Part shown: one piece after another, positions 58,087 to 64,000 of the stretch
How the letters are laid out: every line of letters starts with the position of its first letter
Position numbering within the stretch: position 1 is the stretch's first letter
Assembly: GCA_049322915.1 (NCBI GenBank)
Contig: JBMOPW010000007.1
Span: 96,001 to 160,000 of the forward strand
Source of the DNA: Candidatus Zhuqueibacterota bacterium
GTDB taxonomy: Bacteria > Zhuqueibacterota > Zhuqueibacteria > Thermofontimicrobiales > Thermofontimicrobiaceae
Reading direction: 5' to 3'
DNA length: 64,000 nt
Notes under the pieces: model-generated
What the model was told of the DNA's origin: nothing
Seen by the model: only the letters and a program-made list of their open reading frames with translations
Database searches by the model: none
Made by a program: the position numbers and the translations under genes

Positions 58087-61044
58087 ATGGTAACGATAAA
58101 GCAAAAAATCATTCTTGCCTGCGCGCTATGTCTGGGATTTTCGCTGTACGCACAGGACAGAAGAAATAGCGACATCGATGGCGTGCCGGATAAGCAGACC
58201 CTGCGCAAGCCAACGGCTCGCGTGGATGAGGCCATCGGCGTGATGAATAAAGGGCAGCTATGCAATTTGACGATGAATTACGGCCAGATCACCGACACCC
58301 GGCTGGAAGATCCCGGCAATCGTCCCACCGACGAATTCTATAATTTCAGATACCCGAAAGTGAAACCCTACGGCTCCATGGTGGACGATTTCGCCCTGTG
58401 TTTTGCTGTGGCGAAAAATTCTAAAAACGGGGACAATGGCAATTTCATCGATGGCTACACGGCCAACGGCAACGAGGACTGGATTGCCAAAGATGGCTCA
58501 CTGGGTAAAACTCACTATGATGGCAGCGGCGAAGATCCAATGCTGACGTATGTGGATGGCACCACGCCGTATTTGGCGCACAGTGATCTTCCGCAAACCT
58601 GGCCTATGGATGCAAACGGCGATCGGTTCTGGCCCGGGTATTTTCGGCGCAATCCGAGCACCGGCGAGACGTTCACCGGGGAGTTCGCCTCGGATCGCGA
58701 TGTATATAGCGTTTTCACTGATGCCAACAACGTGCAGGGCAATTCTCTGGGACTGGAAATTGAGCAGATGGCCTATTGCTACGGCCGCGTCTATGCTGAG
58801 GATTTTCAGTTCTATGAATTTTTCGTGCATAATACCAGCGCGGATACGATCAAAGACGCCTGGATCGGTCTGTATCAGGATCCTGATTGCGGCGATTACG
58901 GCGAAGAAATATTGATCGTGCCGGCAGGATATTCTTTCTCCGATCCCTATCCGGTCGTCATGCAGCGGGACTTCACCGGCGATATTGGCGGAGCGACGTT
59001 TGCCAATTCCGTGGGGCGATACGAAGATATGGATTTCGGCATTGTGATTCTGGAAACGCCCAAGAATGTCGGGGTCACTGATTTTCATTACTTCACCGAC
59101 GCCGGCCCCACATTTGATGATGAGCTCTGGCCCATCATCAGCAGCAAGAAGGACGATCCGGATATTGCCATGTCGGTCGCGACCTATTTTCACGGGGATA
59201 ATCCGAAATTGGATGAAGTCGCGCTGATCCAGCAACCGCAGGATTGGGTGTACATGGTTGCCAGCGGCCCATTTGATCTGGCGCCGGGCGAAGTTGTGAA
59301 ATACTCCATTGGCGTGGTCGTGGGCGACACTGACGCGGATTTCATCAATAACGTGGAAATGGCGGTTCAGATGTTCGAAAAAGGTTTTGTCGGACCGTCA
59401 GCGCCGCCAGGCCCGGAGGTGGCTGCTGTGGCTGGCGATGAAAAAATCACGCTGTACTGGGATAATTCATCGGAGTCCAAAGCTGATCCGCTCACAGGCG
59501 AGATCGATTTTGAAGGATACAAGATCTATCGCAGCCAGGATGGCGGCGCCACATGGGGCACGCCGGTGACCAATGCTCATGGCGATGTCATTGGATACGT
59601 CCCCATTGCCCAGTTCGATATCGATAACACCATTGAGGGGTATGATCCAATCAGTCCGTCGAACTATCTGGGGGCCAACACCGGATTGCAGTACATTTTT
59701 GTCGATGAAAATGTGATCAATGGGATTGAGTATTCCTATACAATCACGGCGTACGACCGCGGTGATAAAGAAGCCAATATCCCTTCGTTCGAGACGGCGA
59801 AAGGCACGGGCGCGGCGGAGAAGCATTTTGTGACCTGCACACCCCGGCCGGATCCGCTGGCCTACGTCTCTGCGTATCCCATGCAATTGAATCAGATCTC
59901 CGGCAAAGGTCGGGGCAAGGTGACCATCAGGATTGTGGATTCGGAAAAATATGGAGCTTATAAAGCGGAGAATGGCAATGCATCGGATCCGGTTTTCAAA
60001 ATTGATTTCAGCGGCTTCCCGGCAGCATCGTTCTCGGTGACGGATTCCACCAATGATGGCGCGGTGTTGGGCAGCAGCTTGCCATTGAATACTGAGATTT
60101 TCCCGATTTTAAATCAGGCCGGCATTCAAGTGGCCATCGAAACAATCAGCCGGATCGGCGGTATTCAGAGCATCACCGATGGCGAGGGCGTCAATGTGAT
60201 GGGATCGGGCAAAGCCGACGCCAGCGAATCGTGGTATGTTCAGGCGTCAGAGATTCCGCCGGCGTCTCTGGAAGCGCGATCGAACAGCTATGAAATACGC
60301 TTTACGGCTCAGGGTTCAGTTGCCTACACAAAAGGCCGGGACCCGGTGGCGTACATGACAGTGCCGTTCGAAGTCTGGCGAGTGCTGCCGGATACGGCTC
60401 AGGTCATCTGCGAATTTGAGGATAAGAACAACAACCGCACTTTCGACGCATCGGAATTTCTATTCATCGGCAATGTCGCCTACCCGACTGTGACGCCCAA
60501 TACGGGCGATTCCATCAAAGTCAATTTCCCGTCGGATTTCCCGCTGCAAGTCAATTTCGTGCCGGTACCGGTCGATTCGGCGCATCCATTGGGTGGCAGC
60601 ATGCCGGTCGCAGGGCAGAAAGCGATCCTCTACACCAACAGCGGATTTTCAGATGGAAGCGGTTTTCCGGGGACAAGTCAGTCCGGACGCGGCGACCAGT
60701 TCATTTTCACGATACAGGAAGATGCCGTGGACCAAAGTCGTGAGGCAGGTCTGCTGAACGATATCCGGGTTGTGCCCAATCCCTACGTGGCTGTTTCTTT
60801 ATTCGATCCGCGGCAGAATGTCCATAGCCTCAAATTCATGTACCTGCCGGCAGAGTGCAAAATTACCATCTATTCGTTGGCTGGCGTGAAAGTGACGGAA
60901 TTGGATCACAACGACGGCGCCGGCATTGAGAACTGGAATTTGACAAATGAATTCGGCCAGGACATTTCGTTTGGCGTGTATGTGTATGTCGTGGAAACAA
61001 CCAGTGGCGATACGCACGTTGGGAAATTTGCCATCATTAAGTAG
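58087..61044 (+). CDS. Large secreted protein with FN3-like region and VVPNPY-type C-terminal sorting domain
   Basis: Signal peptide; GPFDLAPG, GDEKITLYWD, DFEGYKIYRS, YSYTITAYD; IRVVPNPY...LP..C.I.IYSLAG...GVYVYVV...GKFAIIK. Confidence 0.8.
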   Translation: MVTIKQKIILACALCLGFSLYAQDRRNSDIDGVPDKQTLRKPTARVDEAIGVMNKGQLCNLTMNYGQITDTRLEDPGNRPTDEFYNFRYPKVKPYGSMVDDFALCFAVAKNSKNGDNGNFIDGYTANGNEDWIAKDGSLGKTHYDGSGEDPMLTYVDGTTPYLAHSDLPQTWPMDANGDRFWPGYFRRNPSTGETFTGEFASDRDVYSVFTDANNVQGNSLGLEIEQMAYCYGRVYAEDFQFYEFFVHNTSADTIKDAWIGLYQDPDCGDYGEEILIVPAGYSFSDPYPVVMQRDFTGDIGGATFANSVGRYEDMDFGIVILETPKNVGVTDFHYFTDAGPTFDDELWPIISSKKDDPDIAMSVATYFHGDNPKLDEVALIQQPQDWVYMVASGPFDLAPGEVVKYSIGVVVGDTDADFINNVEMAVQMFEKGFVGPSAPPGPEVAAVAGDEKITLYWDNSSESKADPLTGEIDFEGYKIYRSQDGGATWGTPVTNAHGDVIGYVPIAQFDIDNTIEGYDPISPSNYLGANTGLQYIFVDENVINGIEYSYTITAYDRGDKEANIPSFETAKGTGAAEKHFVTCTPRPDPLAYVSAYPMQLNQISGKGRGKVTIRIVDSEKYGAYKAENGNASDPVFKIDFSGFPAASFSVTDSTNDGAVLGSSLPLNTEIFPILNQAGIQVAIETISRIGGIQSITDGEGVNVMGSGKADASESWYVQASEIPPASLEARSNSYEIRFTAQGSVAYTKGRDPVAYMTVPFEVWRVLPDTAQVICEFEDKNNNRTFDASEFLFIGNVAYPTVTPNTGDSIKVNFPSDFPLQVNFVPVPVDSAHPLGGSMPVAGQKAILYTNSGFSDGSGFPGTSQSGRGDQFIFTIQEDAVDQSREAGLLNDIRVVPNPYVAVSLFDPRQNVHSLKFMYLPAECKITIYSLAGVKVTELDHNDGAGIENWNLTNEFGQDISFGVYVYVVETTSGDTHVGKFAIIK

Positions 61045-61053
61045 GAGATAAAG

Positions 61054-62091
61054 ATGAAGAATAGAATACATGTCAGGATGCTTGGAATGCTCCTGGTTGT
61101 CGCGCTGATTGCAGGCAGTTCCCATGCAGAATCATTTCGCAAAGTGGGCACTTCTGCGGCGCAATTCCTGAAAATCGGAGTCGGCGCGAGAGCGCTTGCC
61201 CTGGGAGGCGCCTATGCCGGCATCGCCGACGACGCTGACGCATTGTACTGGAACCCGGCCGGCATCGTGCATGTCAACGCGATTAGCTGGACCGGCACCC
61301 ATACAAACTGGATCGCCGACGTGAAACATCAATTCACTGGACTGGTTGTGCCCATGGGAAGAGGCGCATCGTTGGGATTTTCCGCCACATTCGTCACTAT
61401 GGACAAAGTGGAAATCACCACCGAAAGCGAGCCCCGTGGCACCGGCTTTTACTGGGATGCCAACGACATCGCAGTGGGTCTGACCTATGCCCGCTGGATG
61501 ACGGATCGGATCGCTGTGGGTGTGACCGGAAAATATGTCTCGCAGAAAATCTGGAATGAAAGCGCATCGACGTTCGCCGTGGATGTGGGGACCTATTTGA
61601 ATACCGGCTACAAAGGAATTGTCATCGGTATGTGCTTTTCCAATTTTGGCGGCAATCTTCAATTGGCCGGCCGCGACCTGATTCGGGAATACGATTACAG
61701 CCCGGACAATTCGCTCAATACCGGCGTGGATACGCGAATGTTCACACAGCCCTGGCCTCTGCCCGTTAATTTCAGAGTGGGGATTTCCATGGAAGTCGTT
61801 GGCGCCGGGGATATGCTTTTGCCCTCCGAGAACAATCGCCTCACCCTGGCTGTGGACGGTAACCATCCCAATGACGACAGCGAGAAGCTCAATTTCGGCT
61901 TTGAATACAGTTGGAAAGAAATCCTGTTCACGCGCATCGGCTATGGTCTGGACTACGACCTGATGCAATTCAGCTATGGCCTCGGCCTGAAAATGAACAT
62001 CAGCGACGCTCGTTTCAGTTTCGACTATGCGCTGGCTCCGTACCAGGAACTGGGGACGATTCATTACTTCACCGTGGGTTTGAGTTTTTAG
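61054..62091 (+). CDS. PorV/PorQ-family outer-membrane beta-barrel
   Basis: AAQFLKIGVGARALALGGAY, LYWNPAG, FDYA, terminal Phe. Confidence 0.85.
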   Translation: MKNRIHVRMLGMLLVVALIAGSSHAESFRKVGTSAAQFLKIGVGARALALGGAYAGIADDADALYWNPAGIVHVNAISWTGTHTNWIADVKHQFTGLVVPMGRGASLGFSATFVTMDKVEITTESEPRGTGFYWDANDIAVGLTYARWMTDRIAVGVTGKYVSQKIWNESASTFAVDVGTYLNTGYKGIVIGMCFSNFGGNLQLAGRDLIREYDYSPDNSLNTGVDTRMFTQPWPLPVNFRVGISMEVVGAGDMLLPSENNRLTLAVDGNHPNDDSEKLNFGFEYSWKEILFTRIGYGLDYDLMQFSYGLGLKMNISDARFSFDYALAPYQELGTIHYFTVGLSF

Positions 62092-62169
62092 AGGGAGTCT
62101 TTTCACCCTGTCGACCAGACCATTGGCATGAACTACCTGCGACAGGCGATAGAATTCCACAGGCAGCTT

Positions 62170-62208
62170 AAGAGGTGAGAATCCGGAAGGTCTTCTCACC
62201 TCTTTTTT
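62170..62208 (+). terminator. Intrinsic terminator after PorV-like gene
   Basis: AAGAGGTGAGAA...TTCTCACCTCTTTTTT. Confidence 0.8.
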
Positions 62209-62323
62209 ACATGATTTCGTTTTGTGGTTGGTAAAAATTTGTCGCCTTAAACCCAGATAATGCGATTGCCACAAAGACTCCGAGGCGCAAGGAAAATTTT
62301 TATAAAATTTTAGAATCACTTTT

Positions 62324-62490
62324 TAACCTGCATTATTCATAGTAGTTTTAAAGGAGGCTGGCTAACCTGAATGGTGCTCTTTTTAGAATAAACGTATAAA
62401 AACTGAGTTTCAAAATAGCTTAGCGTTTAGCTAATTGAAAATCTGAATGTTGACTCAAATTCTGAGCAATTTCATGAATAATTCAGGTTA
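62324..62490. mobile_element. 167-bp MITE-like element, copy 2 (inverted relative to copy 1)
   Basis: TAACCTGCATTATTCAT ... ATGAATAATTCAGGTTA, a 17-bp TIR with one mismatch. Homologous to 29075-29241. Confidence 0.88.
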
Positions 62491-62671
62491 AGAAAAGCAT
62501 TTTCATTTTTTTGTGCTTTGATTTTCAAGAATAAAATACGTTTTTTCTTTGTGATTCTTGGTGCCTTCGAGACTTCGAGGCAATTTTTTAAATTTCAATT
62601 GCATTATATGGATTAAAATTTGAAACTGTAATTTTTCCAAACGTCTTTTAATTGAAAAGACATCACGACCT

Positions 62672-63142
62672 ATGCGGCTGAAACTGATAGTGGTTGGCAA
62701 GACAAAAGAGAAATATATCCACCTGGGGGAGATGGATTTCGCTGCGCGGCTCAATAACTACTGCGAGTTCGAACAGGTCATCGTTCGGGATGAACGAATT
62801 ACGGCATCGCGGCGTGAGGGCGCGATCAAAATGCAGGAAGGCGAACGAATTCTGCAGAAGCTCGGACCTTCCGATCTGGTTGTTGTTCTGGACCAGCGCG
62901 GCGAGCAGGTCAGTTCCGAGCGCCTTGCCGGGTTCATTGATCAGGAACGGAATCGAGGGACAAAGCAAATCGATTTCATCATCGGCGGCGCGCTCGGGCT
63001 GGGGGAGAATGTGCTCGCCCGGGCGGATAAAATTCTGAGCCTGTCGGCGATGACCTTCACCCATGAAATGGCGCGATTGATTGTGCTGGAACAACTCTAT
63101 CGCGCGCACTCAATTTTAGCCGGTACAAAATACCACAAATGA
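62672..63142 (+). CDS. rlmH: 23S rRNA pseudouridine-1915 N3-methyltransferase RlmH
   Basis: LIVVGK, LDQRG, FIIGGALG, LSLSAMTFTHEMARLIVLEQLYRA..I..GTKYHK. Confidence 0.97.
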   Translation: MRLKLIVVGKTKEKYIHLGEMDFAARLNNYCEFEQVIVRDERITASRREGAIKMQEGERILQKLGPSDLVVVLDQRGEQVSSERLAGFIDQERNRGTKQIDFIIGGALGLGENVLARADKILSLSAMTFTHEMARLIVLEQLYRAHSILAGTKYHK

Positions 63143-63183
63143 AATTACCGAAGATACCATTGGTTCATCGATGTCATTTTTTT

Positions 63184-63378
63184 GTAACTACTCAGGTCCT
63201 GCTATTTGGAAGCTGCTGAAGCAGCTAAACATGTAGCGAGTGCTTATAATACACCAAGCTGAAGCTTGGTGATGATTCAATTGTTCCAGCACCACAATTT
63301 ATTGCGGTGTCTCTTATACGAACGAATCAGCAACAGCCGCTTCAGCGGCTTTTAAAACAAGCATAGCTTAGTAGTTAC
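63184..63378. mobile_element. GTAAC-ended miniature element with internal palindromes
   Basis: Ends GTAACTACTCAG / CTTAGTAGTTAC. Internal AGCTGCTGAAGCAGCT, CACCAAGCTGAAGCTTGGTG and AGCCGCTTCAGCGGCT. Confidence 0.65.
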
Positions 63379-63391
63379 CATTTAATTGCCT

Positions 63392-64000
63392 ATGAAAACA
63401 CACGTGAAAAAAATCGTACAGAATATCCTGTTGCTGTGCATCTCGAGCCTCCTGATTCTTCTGGTGCTGGAATGGATTTCTCGGCTATCTTTCAAGCAAA
63501 TGTATCCTCATGTCACGGATGAATCCGGCGCCATTGTTTCCATGCAGCGGGAAGTCGGGCGTCCTGAAGAAGGACTGCGGCCCAATTTCAAGGGACGACT
63601 GCAATCCGGGGAATACAACACTGAAATTCGCCTGGATAGTCTCGGTTTTCGTTCCCCGGTTAGGAAGGGAGTCGGGTTGAACGGCTCGCCCGTGCGCATC
63701 GTCCTGTTAGGGGATTCCTACATGTTCGGATGGGGCGTCGATCTGGAAAAATCGTTCGCTGGCTATCTCGCTGAGGAATTGAGCCAGCGATGGCGACGAC
63801 CGGTGGAAATTTCCAATCTGGCCATTCCCGGCACCGGACAGTTCACCCAGCTCAAATTACTCAGAGCCATTCCCGCGATCAACCCGCATCTGGTCATCTC
63901 CGGGCTGTACGTGATCGATTATGCCGCCAGCGGCAATGACCTGATCGATAATATGAACGATTATTATTCGCTGCGAAAGGCGCTGCCATCGGATGATCTC
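63392..64000 (+). CDS. Membrane-anchored SGNH/GDSL-hydrolase-like protein (3'-truncated by window edge)
   Basis: N-terminal TM (..LVLEWISR), DSLGFR, IVLLGDSYMFGWGV, NLAIPG, GND. No stop before 64000, so it is absent from the ORF track. Confidence 0.8.
   Translation, partial: MKTHVKKIVQNILLLCISSLLILLVLEWISRLSFKQMYPHVTDESGAIVSMQREVGRPEEGLRPNFKGRLQSGEYNTEIRLDSLGFRSPVRKGVGLNGSPVRIVLLGDSYMFGWGVDLEKSFAGYLAEELSQRWRRPVEISNLAIPGTGQFTQLKLLRAIPAINPHLVISGLYVIDYAASGNDLIDNMNDYYSLRKALPSDDL

Noticed and set aside
62672..63142. rlmH (orfX) as an SCC-like integration site
   Set aside because: No recombinase or duplicated rlmH 3' end is visible downstream within the window.

Overview
64-kb chromosomal window from a diderm, probably anaerobic FCB-group bacterium. 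This assignment is an inference from four T9SS-type C-terminal sorting domains, a PorV-like barrel and two TonB-dependent receptors without SusD; the content fits a KSB1/Calditrichota/Ignavibacteria-like lineage. Left to right: (1) DUF362 plus a NapH/NapG-like polyferredoxin. (2) Two tandem GTAAC-ended miniature elements separated by 8-bp target-like repeats; the second carries a GxxExxY gene broken by a 65-bp palindromic insert. (3) A STAS-RsbW fusion and a heat-shock locus (Zn peptidase, htrA, grpE, dnaJ, htrA, fmdB-like, dnaK) with sigma54-type promoters and no CIRCE. (4) A T9SS protein / lipoprotein / TonB receptor trio. (5) tRNA-Asn(GTT) flanked by two pseudo-copies carrying the same 16-bp palindrome. 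(6) A ~22-kb uncharacterised sugar/sugar-acid catabolic cluster with a Tat-exported heparinase II/III-like protein, an OYE-GltD fusion, an SdhA-like flavoprotein and an Eda-KdgK fusion. (7) A DUF4252 pair. (8) A divergent locus: a gamma-glutamyl/acyl-glutamate hydrolysis and uptake operon (TRAP-like permease, an unannotated 47-aa membrane protein, two AstE/AspA carboxypeptidases, DUF6305, GGT, C45 Ntn-hydrolase) back-to-back with a T9SS protein, TonB receptor, large CTD protein and PorV-like module. (9) rlmH and a partial SGNH protein. No CRISPR array, integrase or transposase was seen. All calls come from manual motif reading, not database searches.
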